Source of the DNA: a virus | Length of the DNA: 64,000 nucleotides | Direction: 5' to 3' (one strand) | IMG/VR virus record: IMGVR_UViG_3300030450_001823 | Span: 33,236-97,235 of that record | Notes under the pieces: model-generated | Told to the model about the DNA's origin: nothing | What the model saw: the letters and a program-made list of their open reading frames with translations, nothing else | Databases searched by the model: none | Shown here: positions 23,701 through 30,435 of the stretch, piece by piece | Position numbering within the stretch: position 1 is the first letter of the stretch | Layout: the number at the start of each line of letters is the position of its first letter | Translations under genes and position numbers: made by a program

Positions 23701-25949
23701 GCACTAGCCATATCAGTGTGTATCAAATCAAGTATAGATGTACTACCAGTCACTATTGTACTGACATCAGGTAATGTCTTACTAACCATTAGGCAAGGCC
23801 CATCCATCGCTAGTTTAACAATCGCTCCTGTAGTATCGACTGCTTGAAAACCGGAGTCTGTATTCGCACTAAATGTAATCTTATTGTCACTATGGTTTAG
23901 AGTAGCAGTAATGTCAGGGTTAGTAGTTGCAACTACTCCTCCTATTGAAATAGAGGTTGCTGGCAAAACTGCTCCGGTTTTGCCAAAAGACTTGATACTT
24001 TGTAATTTAATAATAGTAGCGGTACTGGTAAATGAAGAGTCTATCCTAGATACAGCCGCAGTAGGGAAATCTACAGAGTTGTGACAAATTGCATTGTAGT
24101 GAATCTGTACAAAGGGAGCATAGTCGTAACTAGCCAAAGAAGGTACGCTCAGTATAGCAATCCTAGACTCGTCAGAAGGCACCAGTTGTGCCTTTGAGTT
24201 TTCAGCAACAGTATCGGCACCCAATGCTTTCAATGCAAATGCACTAGGGTCAAATGAAGTCCCACCTATCGCAAGTAGACCTCTCTGAGTATCAGAAATG
24301 TCACTCATTCCATTTTCTACGATTGTGTTAACTTTGGTCGAATAAAAAGTATTTTCTAACTTGACAGGTTCGTGAGAATCAAATGCAGATATTTTAGAGT
24401 TTAGAGGCACAGTTCCTCTTATATCAGAATACTGTGATGAAAAAGATGCGGATATTACATCAGCCGAAGCATCTAACTTCTTATCAACTACTAAGTCAGA
24501 TGCGGGAGGCAAATAGCCCATGAAAGGATGGCTCTTTACATGATTGAGAATGTGTCTACCGCTATGTCCTAAGTAAAAACCAGCACCGGGGTTAGTAGTA
24601 AATGCAGCAAACTTGTTGTGAACCGTGTTGTCAACGGCCATGCTCATTGAAAACATAATCCCATGATTTTCAAAATTACTTTCATCTATACACACTTGGC
24701 CCTGCCTGTGTGAAAATTGAGTACCGCTACCTTGTGGCTGATACACATTACCGTTACCCCCGTCAACTAGGCAATCGCCTGTTACTACTACGAAGCGACC
24801 AGCATCATGTGCCTGTAATGCACCTCTACGACCAGTAGAAGCATTCGATGCAAAGTCAAGGTGAATTGACTCAACCGTGATAGTGCCAGCATCACCGTCA
24901 ACTGCCATGAGTCTTAGTCGTTCAGGGGCTTTATTGGTAGGCTTACCAGTAGTAGAGACATAGCCTAGTGGGTTAACGATTATATTGTAAGGGACTTTTG
25001 GTATAGTTGCATCACTAGAAGATGTAGCACCGTGCACTTTTATTTTGTAAGAGCCTTGAGAACTCCAAGGGCTTTGAGTTGCAAAATTGATAGTATTACC
25101 GATTACAACTGAGATTCCGTTCTTAAACCGATTAACCAAAGCAGTAGCGGCTGCTACGCCTATATTGATACTTGAACTAGCGCTAGTAGAAGCAGATATA
25201 GAAGGCGTAGTAGTTATTAGAGAAATAGGCTCAATAGGCTCTTCAAATCTCCAAAGTCCGATTGTGTCATCGCTTTTGACAGGAGCAAACTCACTCCTAC
25301 CTGATTTCTTTTCACCTCTTGACAGATGGATAGCCTCAATTGTACCTCTGTACTCTCCACCTTTGCCTCCTAAGTACATATTTGAAGGAGACAAAACTAT
25401 CTGCTGATTCTCTTCAAACTCCTTAGTAACGACCAAGTCACCATTGATGTGCATTGATAGATAGCGGCGATTAAATGTAACAGTTACATTGAGTAACTCT
25501 CTATGCCCGTCGTTCAGTGCAGTAGAGTCATTTACAGCAGCGTCTGTCGCAATGTAAGAATTGTGCATATTGAGCGCAGGTTGTGGGAATAGTATACCAT
25601 CCCAGTAAGCAAAATCTCCGTTAATCTTGTTAACAGGCTTTGCACTACTGATTGTATGTACGCTTTTTGTTCCAGCCGCTACATTTTCTAAATTAATCTC
25701 AAAAGTAGCAGGGGCGGGACTAGAAGGACTACCTACCGTTAGTCGCATCATATTTTCATACTCATAGACAATACCACCACAGTCAGGCATAATCCATGTT
25801 TCAAGTGTAAATGAATGCAAGGCGGCAGGTAAAGACTTTCTACCTTCGTCACTTTTACCATGTATCACATTTTGATTACTAGGTACCAAGACACCGTCAG
25901 TTACCCCATTGAAGGAAAGGGCGTATCCGGGGTCAATTACTATACTCAT
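8778..25949 (-). CDS. Giant (5723 aa) virion adhesin/tail-tip protein with N-terminal LamG/concanavalin-like domain
   Basis: Single 17.2-kb ORF. The N-terminus (ALSFNG, FTLETWI, HINGDLV, YLGG, IGLWRFEE) is LamG-like; Gly/Ser/Thr-rich beta composition; located in the tail operon. Confidence 0.65.
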   Translation of the reverse strand: MSIVIDPGYALSFNGVTDGVLVPSNQNVIHGKSDEGRKSLPAALHSFTLETWIMPDCGGIVYEYENMMRLTVGSPSSPAPATFEINLENVAAGTKSVHTISSAKPVNKINGDFAYWDGILFPQPALNMHNSYIATDAAVNDSTALNDGHRELLNVTVTFNRRYLSMHINGDLVVTKEFEENQQIVLSPSNMYLGGKGGEYRGTIEAIHLSRGEKKSGRSEFAPVKSDDTIGLWRFEEPIEPISLITTTPSISASTSASSSINIGVAAATALVNRFKNGISVVIGNTINFATQSPWSSQGSYKIKVHGATSSSDATIPKVPYNIIVNPLGYVSTTGKPTNKAPERLRLMAVDGDAGTITVESIHLDFASNASTGRRGALQAHDAGRFVVVTGDCLVDGGNGNVYQPQGSGTQFSHRQGQVCIDESNFENHGIMFSMSMAVDNTVHNKFAAFTTNPGAGFYLGHSGRHILNHVKSHPFMGYLPPASDLVVDKKLDASADVISASFSSQYSDIRGTVPLNSKISAFDSHEPVKLENTFYSTKVNTIVENGMSDISDTQRGLLAIGGTSFDPSAFALKALGADTVAENSKAQLVPSDESRIAILSVPSLASYDYAPFVQIHYNAICHNSVDFPTAAVSRIDSSFTSTATIIKLQSIKSFGKTGAVLPATSISIGGVVATTNPDITATLNHSDNKITFSANTDSGFQAVDTTGAIVKLAMDGPCLMVSKTLPDVSTIVTGSTSILDLIHTDMASADLDILSPGGIVEFKAPGMFPFKSGDLEGDTEEGTVAETTLDTTLCPDNYLPLASTDPPQTTPQGIAVSDSNLSTKSSQFSKIIIKTATYEDTLEETADIIRQSSQYDRQRTGVLVNNGSGYSATATSITVDAVDARTKFSTGQSLYKIDGTVLGTITSVAETAIGVSAGITASLVDNEELYNQSINIGTGTTNQSTSVHEIFDIIEHQMSGDIVTLTVQPSDRRRFTQLARLKIDEDSSNHLSVEYLMSRGRVLSFNEDDNGNSNLLAYGIISDIAGASVSAKGDGAPDSHIVKEIMPGAPVVTMMLGGPGQGAINTKETWEPSPTARLAWNTRRDCVTEVSAVDTSSRTVTTLPLNNRSTDLQSWGTYCFPKVGRIYLELPRTDVNEPIRFASAEYSSKTGVLFNFASGTTHLGSGKFVLADGSEAVGFAAWASATGISTGHKLHVDDKFLEESMCNDGTTVNDRLFQTLDSVQHDYQLGTQYASTRALVEIPLFEEFFFDNPDKGIFPGPDNSMKIHVDATHTASNWAPNPVGRRHDEIATQDPEIFGAFSYSISSDSHRSGTKITKPFTGTTISVEDASIFPIPDAAPVTVAGVDGSARYRRAFLPSGEWVLYTARDTSANTITAASASTAGGNWAMSKNFVKEFAVGAQLTPAPGYQDMNYTPIADNPLLKSAGYEGRRSFYYDRSNVMTQGGNVDYGMRQYVSAVEFRAGPRVNPHLDRIQSGRAKGVVQAWASGAPTLLYMKDASLFPDNIAGVDGYSNYRYRLAWAPSDFSLTGCSYNNAKLITHSSSTLVAVGMAVSGDGIPVGATVEAVISNTTFDLSVATTGGSLSSKTLTITSNGVITHAHYDIKSDNLLTLTQRDDAFQPASGDEVTLVDMHASPTTIYPEVKEGVFLNKSWAYPYAPGGLRDGDTVWMNMHYTNPHAIEGLFAKSRGTLNEGEVWTGFNGGEGAFAANPRNSIPMENFLIGNSCTETAQNFVQHVNKTIELNYEALGLYAEFTVGGASYNNDPTITHTSSTAIVVGMGVSGSGIPDGATVATVTDATHFELSEATTGGSKSSQTLTFTSNTPAPTVAYLDPYQSTEEHARVLLYDVAHDREFIAFQDLWMQVQSSADATKIGAAPAHTAGAIVHDDDNSGSWIDVAAGFPSESKYLAATNGSDFMEAAYSHKSTWNASTGTILSPHAPDVGTKYATNGAMPRTNDAVINSDDAVLKHKQIDKDSREASTFFDTPDGTRAIPAFLALKGIRSSTADLSGHEEARLNELDHWTQMDFVRRLTVDFGEVALRDGVTDIEAAAREVVRLVNQAGAKNGRTHARRPADQYLGESEKFDLSSPGVKAGGFSMGFDPSAAHINADFAATGSTHDPAPFWDIKRGFSSHDRGTHMGYVRAHLGRVVLDSDGNKGYSIVIHSTIPGAEGRNFCTWLDNSRAQTPYRPQYLIGHGGRFRNYWCQPDEMTGENMHPAPMPINRFGRPFAPITTLKEYLPPEETLASFSNNLSIGPEIVIGSTQSADTFRENASGRNSNTVIDESFETKSPSSTLVDGLRTGTSAKSRINFGGMTQAGIPGWSPDAGKWGMGRDGEDSRYQSVYGNASNAATAMLNSTIYDTDNKVGYIPKDDMKPRNIGDGNIYGIRLVDHRGDNHTVRMIYKQYGKSFANDLTIVPPTIDEEIVIHFDDRDVAQGGFTIGKHMVGTGEVCGEKSGGTAKPYKGNLWNNYPSPAVGIHVTGNKATDTGVTMDVTFTAPYSTGDTLTHPDVLGYLGFPESGVLQLTDDAGTSGDQGITIHYTSRSHYDHDGDTGASNKHYFYGCTGGRALTTNEGMLISPRINFTSVLTDEVIAAAVEFAMAMPDPTDDSIAATSFDCTGMFAPDGKTLGEWGVSPTAIRVKASSKSKTPLSKLFQVSRNKDWGLVEGASSDAVVSSKHTGGLSDVERDAGTRLDVGYIPETVLHITTRYKGTNANTATPILVDNQNNPVDISTWQRNLRGDNYTSVAGDHIIPKVDSPMILKTTDSGTLITTASSTYLYSICVPGSDHAQAWGERFTIWWGSEEYAEVASTPGAAVETKLTYGAGTGVSANFASFCHDSDDEVLMRNGDVKNGMKTDGIRRAGSKMSSPFLYFRGGRDSPDHWVPLYFGGGFSGVVMDINDGTQNDYGDFYTHPYAGGPTGSAGLQNVGEIAGSYALLDTNAMLAMFPGTPYLDDHKGKNNPPLFNQDSLLPFDMAKGANTKFTGLTYTDGSNAVHANLPSPIVLRFAHPHARYSATGNTADQTIYMVFGPGQAFPHNSAAFEPQGANIVTSGNGYSAVPIYTDGSTVSLETFLPNSLTNGDSTVAGLINHASGAVIGHLPRTTFFQINKLSAFNYDMNWEPTKGFPSVAVSGSTTFAQTYDRAFYYEGSPFTFGVALPPSAHPFSHIFTDSSGNALESSSHPATKKSSVIWHMDGGYHPGGHFLDNHVNINPKHAVEGGRLATGGTNKHNVSAFRPCGLLAKAYLTQYGGSPDNQANDDNVVLIDATRVQNAEELGAVISASINTFPGKDPLKAIGGTFLPSMQNAHKQDRYGWVQLDIASFEPANKLVVTNNASLETLPKYGWIRISDGNTAGYAPYTDITTTATLTVAAQGSAHGMTEKQKVTITAADGTVRVYVLTDTNAGGVATGTVLVSNSDTGAGTAGDSLTGGIAVGINFSSATQHQYLEQIKAAIEHANGHAGKITVTETSTSIFTLTNAVAGISGNTTITEDVANLTIAGFNGNTGSIFLGKSVNSTVPSVAAVAVPGAGYSAATVSTSGGSGTGLTLALTVGGSGEITGISIATAGSGYQPGELVIPAGGDGAARILLVDCAKSTSFINPTNDREVTATSDFKAYVWAKSGTHRLNNDNTVTTRDHITQVHYNGLIDAIDRTKPVGAVGWAGEAYSYMNSYTGTQVGSGVYPAGLGAWHPSLGFNPYGAAETCLAASSPVGTGDTATATFSDYCVNGLSSRHLIAITHESELPLIAKADRDGVTCAGDWLMTKETSNIINAGTIQWDTSKVHNKSRYLGPATGGPRVEAQVHSDFVRPTVAGDYPATSAAVAANKWHDTIASGKMVQANACLNPTGDLFWDESVVKGSNFHEDFGTYGKECIGVSGSDDYLNPGASSTAMPHNGLFGYYNTRSAARNFSAEHVVWKRMDGGSLTMPAANARGLGAIPWVRRKASTGQYLLEGEKVLGNVRFSFESTNAAMFPIIQAQELSHPQLAEQHPMEIRNALMLPNEEKQFQSMMVIDDTGQEHRLEGGSPLGTVIMDFRHVSDREIEGLAPALAGTGVSPNMKIRLPNPDEIPGNIIVRPGFDRIQAYQSETIGSGGLQHPSQPVQHITDMFDNKYSGPRLWPTWENNGWEHLSQDGVDVSLAKSDNRLKFPASTVEGWQDHTSNSPLKTAYEPHDRNLYFHVTRMGVSMTNRETSQLLNYQSHSGTEITVSATPETGVWTDSSELSGGRYFLRVYNDTTNEGVLVSYTGIGSGKFTGVVYSPDFTTFVEKEISEGTLLKIVPSYYMPAGSTRFFGARRLRDHSEYSGASPDMKIIDWYALYAALPANTGATTNPSIPYNHIMTPKMTPMPIPRMGHHYISPTMALMPGHYAHPAYQRLYELNQSCRTSNNAPLIDSLIGTNEGTRTSTTATSTTHESGRDPYIYFSGPTAAFSPSDIHGGAFTLLTETKIKYEGYGVAASLGAAGTTNAAGGHELVLEAGGTYTLNNHFPDPMEVGAYQIVIQPNVFAQQIKGFHLNHSTENKAPSESGTKVVELTGQQVNTVIAIEQDVDTNGAYSLILADAIMADVRGCEVIINEVILDIEPDSGSHFTNLPTLALYNPLGVQETSSPSLTRRSLPYRPGMFSSATPGYTLTVPWWGILHKDGAGASGADKFRHLEWHKPDNYYELCRASYGCVGAQLTLGGYPTSFLDIYEVHKRNRSLNPTCVVISNNGSSTITVDDNSLFPVVPYYGEKLEYTKDGVRYTATYGNRTGTLAYATLGASVTFSTVSGSGEFWANIATGTIIKLTRPYDNHSSDKVFTNSLSSIITRALPQISNGSRDTNSLHVPDAYLCMWHPNLGRPFTWYSDTADGGTRNFYTKAGAADTPLDKKPYNMLPEHFETIHYQDFNYVASKGPFGFAMSWIAPPGGGTSPTNAADGIVHTAAVIDLDTNLKHQGGVESSTESSGVLINHPSGASNTYSVNTTSAIPVDAVDPTTKFQVGDSVYNSAGILVGVLTAVDGSAPYGVTFGGGTLVVLTNNEALYLSEKYNFAGFWPGGSHGGGAVSRLEAYGDSLIGWGGETYGMDCGTFDDNTGIRTRTYNEATVASPYARNHCFGYRFGVRQAYNRPRWGQYVRGWLEVANSNALLGYYHGPLIQQDNKTNGWDYVGSDTALGDVSFVASYVGILERLTQVSALLNQDQIGRQVRYSDGRRMTQPFGCAVRTIRNASTVRREYPGDNAGKDISELANAHRYYMVDWWGNTRGEDVRRFPVRGFGIRPAWDPEDAYTDTNIAHRPAANALFGGDGNDRQSGNANTANNDASNMGVADWFNPASALRVGDRGDGRGVRWPTVFNESMLMDVSETHEATGLVLSHSTAEPAFGQGLVRPSNLALQSGEIERGISARLDVASEDGLLKPSASVAEGTETITADTRLAEPVGRDDVRIGLDVDTIGELNEGVSREYVIMSTEAVSLHTDREIGQRTTVRGAMDGASRTLTDFDLTALNFSSNPKAGITRISNAHAYWPLGGTYAMEWSRYAGVLDVKGWGQAGASSSSNPYQNAAHDSTLQNTNATDSTIDFLYRPAQVLDNKHVQLFRPAPVISADDTDGDDTIQGGSNFYRATAGGKYGLFTSDAPGALTGTPSSPPYAPVYSITPTSSTTVPTSQGPKIQGVDVTGYNKADIRSPVARVVMTENTLEHFRADASRKSPDDEEGDYSVQPRYSQTLHPKGSDGDASYNTGDHSGE

Positions 25950-25951
25950 AT

Positions 25952-27937
25952 CTATACCCCAATCACAAAGTCAGAAGCCATTAATTTAAGATTAAAGGCG
26001 TAGTAGTTGTTGCCAGCATCATACCGTACATGTAGTTTTTCAGGTATAATCCTAATACCACCGTCATTACCATGACCTACTGTTTGTAAAGTTACTAATG
26101 TATCACCGATAAGATTGCCTACAAAGTTAGTCAAAGTGCCAACAGCGCTTGCTAATTCTCCTAAAAAGAACTTTTCTGACCAATCTTCATCTGTTTCGTC
26201 AACAGGGTCACCACCAAGGTCATAGGGTAGCAAAGAAGGAACCATCTTTTTAGATGCGCTGATAGTATTAGCCAACGAACCTTTGTCGTCAATTGACTGC
26301 GCTCCAAATGTAAGGAAAAAGTTTCTCGCAACTCCGGTCACACCTGAACTCTGAATGAGGCTGTCGTAAGGTATCTGTATACCTCTTATCAAATCTTTAT
26401 TCTTTTTGGCATTAGAAACAAGCCCTAGTAAGTCTTGTACTTTGTCACCAGCAGATTTACTTTTGTTACTAATTGACAGGTTTTCAGCATCTGCTCCAAA
26501 GTATTCAAACCTAGCCTTGTTTGAACTTAAATTAGAATTAAAAGGATTACAAGGTCGCTTAGTCTGAGTATAACCATCTAGCGCTTTGTCTTTTTGAGTG
26601 ACTGAAATCAAAGGTCCACTTACGGTTGTATCAAATGCAGATAAAATACTATTACCGTTTGTAGAAGTTATGTAATCGTTACTATTTACCATTGCATTAT
26701 CGGAGATTTCCAAAGCATCCTGTACCATAAGTGCTAATTGTGCAGCAGGGTTACCACCAGCCGCTTTGGTACTAAGGTCCTTGATGGGTAATTCTACAAT
26801 TATATCTTGTTTATTAACCGCCATACCTAGGTTAAAGATACCGCTTTGTATAATCCTTGGTTCTTCTCCATCGGTACTTGCTGTAGTATAGGTATTGTGT
26901 GCTACTTCGTTAGCATTAAATCGAAGTATTACATTAAGAGGAGTGCGAGTTATGTTACTAAGATAACCGCTTGTATACGCACGGCAAAAGTTAGGAAAAA
27001 AGTGCAATTCTTTATCGTGCAATGTTGCTTCAAAGATACTCATACCGAATGCGTCAATGAAGTATCTTTCTGAGTCATTTATAGGCACATCTATTGTATC
27101 TAAAGTAATAGTCGTAACTTTACTTGAATCGCTATTCAGAGTAATGTCAGTTATGTGACCCACTAATTGACCTTGTCTAGTAAAAAGTGCTGCTCTGAAA
27201 CACAATATATTTTCATCATCTGCAAGTGTAACTCTAGCACTATCTACTGTAATGACATTTGTAGTTAAGTTAGTTACTGTTCCAATCAACGCACCTGAAC
27301 TTTTGTGTATCCTATCGCCTATTCTAATTAATGTATCACCGTTGCTGTTTAGTAAATTACCATTAGATATAGAATGAGAAGATAAACCATCATATGCAAT
27401 TGCCGTGGCTCCTACCGAGATACCTGAGCCATTGTTAACTTGTGCGCCAATATAAGAGCCTGTTCCGACCAACGGGGCGGAAAAGGTAACTGCTTGTTCT
27501 AAATTACCAACATTCGGAGTATCAAAGTCTATTATATCTACAACTGTGCTAGAACTAGTTGTTCCAAATTGTGCATTTACTGAACTCCTTAACTTGATGT
27601 TATCATAAAAGCCAATAATACCTTGAGTGTTACGAATGACTTCGTCACCAAACTTAGAAACAGTTGTTGGAAAATTAGAAGCAAAGTTAATCATAACTGA
27701 GCCGCCTAAATTAGAAGAAGTAGTAGATTCCGATTCAAAAGAAGGCTCGTCGTCTTGTAAAATACCTGCAATTTCAATCTCAATCGAAGGTGTATTTGTA
27801 TCAATTGCGAATCTTTCCATATTAGGAGTAGGAATAGTACTTGCCTTTCTATCAACTGCAATGTCAATAGATTGCGCCTCCAATGGTATTTCTATCCCCC
27901 CTTTGGGACCTACCAGTAATCTAATTGGTAACGCCAT
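25952..27937 (-). CDS. Distal-tail-like structural protein (paralog 2)
   Basis: Shares the N-terminal PIRL...SID..V.R, KSAGDKVQD.LG, IRGIQIPY.S and C-terminal Y.F.LK..A.D blocks with 27947-30433. Confidence 0.55.
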   Translation of the reverse strand: MALPIRLLVGPKGGIEIPLEAQSIDIAVDRKASTIPTPNMERFAIDTNTPSIEIEIAGILQDDEPSFESESTTSSNLGGSVMINFASNFPTTVSKFGDEVIRNTQGIIGFYDNIKLRSSVNAQFGTTSSSTVVDIIDFDTPNVGNLEQAVTFSAPLVGTGSYIGAQVNNGSGISVGATAIAYDGLSSHSISNGNLLNSNGDTLIRIGDRIHKSSGALIGTVTNLTTNVITVDSARVTLADDENILCFRAALFTRQGQLVGHITDITLNSDSSKVTTITLDTIDVPINDSERYFIDAFGMSIFEATLHDKELHFFPNFCRAYTSGYLSNITRTPLNVILRFNANEVAHNTYTTASTDGEEPRIIQSGIFNLGMAVNKQDIIVELPIKDLSTKAAGGNPAAQLALMVQDALEISDNAMVNSNDYITSTNGNSILSAFDTTVSGPLISVTQKDKALDGYTQTKRPCNPFNSNLSSNKARFEYFGADAENLSISNKSKSAGDKVQDLLGLVSNAKKNKDLIRGIQIPYDSLIQSSGVTGVARNFFLTFGAQSIDDKGSLANTISASKKMVPSLLPYDLGGDPVDETDEDWSEKFFLGELASAVGTLTNFVGNLIGDTLVTLQTVGHGNDGGIRIIPEKLHVRYDAGNNYYAFNLKLMASDFVIGV

Positions 27938-27946
27938 TTTTTCACC

Positions 27947-30433
27947 TCATATTGTTATATCAGCCGCTACAAACTTTAGAGAAAACTCATACGCTTTCAT
28001 CTCCGCATCTCTATGCACATTGAAGTCAGTCACTATGCCGCTTATTCCATTCATACGGCTACCTGTAGCCCAAGGTGCAAATAAATTAGACGCATGGGTA
28101 TTGTTAGACATTGCTAATTTACTAGCAGTTAAAGTGGTACCTGTTGTCAAAAAGTGGTTACGCTGCGCTACTTGAGAATCAAGACCACTTTCACCTTTGG
28201 TAACTTTGCTATTGTAAGGTATTTGTATGCCACGGATATAATCGCCTGATTCTACTTCACTGTAAAGGCTCTCTTGTATATAGTCTACAAAGTTTCCAAC
28301 AAAACTACCCAATCCACTTGTGTTTGCTGTTCTAAAGTTATTACTATTGGCAAGTATACCTAATATATCTTGTACCTTGTCACCAGCAGACTTTACCTTT
28401 TTACCGGACTTGCCGCCAGTAAAGCCTTGTACTAAGGGCATGTTACCGGGACTCAAAGTATAATTTATTGTCTCGTTAACACGACCAAGAGAAGTAGCAT
28501 ATAGTTGAGTTATAGTTAGTCTTGTTTGGTGACCGTGGCTAGATTCTCCAATGTCTATGCTGAAAACTTTATCTAAAGTAAAACTACCCAACGCATCTAC
28601 AGGTCTGTCTCCTAATTTGAGCGTAGATGTTAACAAGTTCTTTACTAAAAAAGCAATGTACTCGTCGCTTCTTTCGTATACAGTTGACCCCGCTCTTGCA
28701 GTAGAGCCGTCTTGGTGAGTAGTGAACTCAGGACCACCATAACTAGCACCAGCGTCTGTACCAGCACCTATGTTCTTTATCGTAGCCATTAGACATGGAC
28801 CTGCGTAACTAGAACTTTGAAGGTCGCCTGATAAATTATCACTGGCTGCTATCCAAACCTTATCATTAGTAGCAGGTAAAGTCCCACTAAATGTACAAGT
28901 TATTGTACTGCTATTAACTGCGATTACTGTTGCTATTGTATTAGTGCCGTTACTGCCAACAAAGCCGTTGCTATTTCTAAATATAATTTTATATGTAGAA
29001 GAACTACTAAGTTCAAAGTAATGTTGTGGATTTGCACCTGAAACTGTTAACACCCCAGTGCTACTATTGACATTTGTAATCGTCATGTCTGTTTCTCTGT
29101 TTCTATTCACATAGCCATAAGGTTCCTTAATAGACCCTAACTTCGTAGTATCAAATCCTAATCTAATTCTATTACTGTCGTCTGTATAACTAAAGTGAGC
29201 GTAAGGATGCGCTCCTCCACTTGAACCTGTTACTGGAATGTTATATTTTTTAGAAAGATAGCCTTCTACTTGCTGTCTTTCTACTTGAGTTAATACTCTG
29301 CTATAGAGTAAGATTTCGTAAATACCTCCAATGAACTTTTGAGCATTATTAAAGGCCCCAATTTGAGATGCACCACTACTAGGTACAGGGGCGTAACCAT
29401 CTCCAGTATCTGTGTCTTCTAAAACACCTTTATTGTAAGTCTTAGTAGTATAGTCACTGCCAGTGAAGTCCACTGTATGAGCGTGTAACTGTAATGCATT
29501 TGCTGCTAAAGCACTGGTAGTGAAGGAATAATCTTTTGCACTACCGGCTTCGTACAAAGTTAACACAATGTCATCATTGGTAGAATGACGGTAGCGTAGG
29601 TTCCAACCGTTGTTATAAGGAGAAGGAGAAGTGTTGATTATATATTGAGTGGCATTAGTAGTACTGGTGCTTGTTGCAACTACAAACAAAGTAAACTCAC
29701 TAGGATTTAATGCAGCATTAAAGGGAATATCAAACTTAGCAGAGCCGTCAAGGTAGACATAAGGCTGCCCATTAGCACCTGCTGTTCTATATCGAGGAGA
29801 GCCGGACTTTGTGCCTGTTATCCCATTTCCACTAGAGTCGACCCAAGTATTTACAACTGAATTGAATGAAAGAGTACTAGTATCGACATTGTCAGCAGTG
29901 ATAGCATCTGCCTTGAACCAAGTACTAATTCCCGAAGTAACTGGGTTATTATCAGTTGTAGCAGTTTTTTCAGTCCAATATCCTACTGGTAAGTCAATGT
30001 ACTTGTCTTTCCAATTTCCATAATTCAATATAGAAGGGGCGACAGAAACCATGCCTCCAAAGTTAGTACCTGTATTAGTGCCAAAGCCAACTGTGTTGAA
30101 CAAACCAAAACCGGGTTGAGTTAACCCGTCACCATCAGTAGGTCCACCTTCGTCATCGGGCAAAGTAAGGTCTTGTGGTTGATAAAAGTCTATTACGGCC
30201 TGTGCTTGTGAAGAAGTCTCTTGACCTTCATCGTCAGTGAATACCCCTTGTATTTCAAAAGCAACTGCGGCTTGGTTTAGGTCAATCCCCATCTTTTTAG
30301 CCTGTAGTAAAGGGATAGCAAAGTTAGATTGTATACGCTCAACAACCATGTCTATGCTAGTCGCATCTAAGGAAAGTGTATCTCCGTTCTCTTGTACAAG
30401 ACGGATTGGTACTCTTTCCCCTGCTTCTGCCAA
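27947..30433 (-). CDS. Distal-tail-like structural protein with inserted LamG-like domain (paralog 1)
   Basis: Directly follows the TMP-like gene; internal WFKADAI...WVDSSGNG...IYEILLYSRVLT...VEGYLSKKYNI LamG-like domain. Confidence 0.55.
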   Translation of the reverse strand: MAEAGERVPIRLVQENGDTLSLDATSIDMVVERIQSNFAIPLLQAKKMGIDLNQAAVAFEIQGVFTDDEGQETSSQAQAVIDFYQPQDLTLPDDEGGPTDGDGLTQPGFGLFNTVGFGTNTGTNFGGMVSVAPSILNYGNWKDKYIDLPVGYWTEKTATTDNNPVTSGISTWFKADAITADNVDTSTLSFNSVVNTWVDSSGNGITGTKSGSPRYRTAGANGQPYVYLDGSAKFDIPFNAALNPSEFTLFVVATSTSTTNATQYIINTSPSPYNNGWNLRYRHSTNDDIVLTLYEAGSAKDYSFTTSALAANALQLHAHTVDFTGSDYTTKTYNKGVLEDTDTGDGYAPVPSSGASQIGAFNNAQKFIGGIYEILLYSRVLTQVERQQVEGYLSKKYNIPVTGSSGGAHPYAHFSYTDDSNRIRLGFDTTKLGSIKEPYGYVNRNRETDMTITNVNSSTGVLTVSGANPQHYFELSSSSTYKIIFRNSNGFVGSNGTNTIATVIAVNSSTITCTFSGTLPATNDKVWIAASDNLSGDLQSSSYAGPCLMATIKNIGAGTDAGASYGGPEFTTHQDGSTARAGSTVYERSDEYIAFLVKNLLTSTLKLGDRPVDALGSFTLDKVFSIDIGESSHGHQTRLTITQLYATSLGRVNETINYTLSPGNMPLVQGFTGGKSGKKVKSAGDKVQDILGILANSNNFRTANTSGLGSFVGNFVDYIQESLYSEVESGDYIRGIQIPYNSKVTKGESGLDSQVAQRNHFLTTGTTLTASKLAMSNNTHASNLFAPWATGSRMNGISGIVTDFNVHRDAEMKAYEFSLKFVAADITI

Positions 30434-30435
30434 AC

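Noticed and set aside
8778-25949. Giant ORF as tape measure protein or diversity-generating retroelement target
   Set aside because: Its composition is beta-rich rather than helical. No reverse transcriptase or adenine-specific TR/VR pair was seen; the repeated modules differ at all base types.
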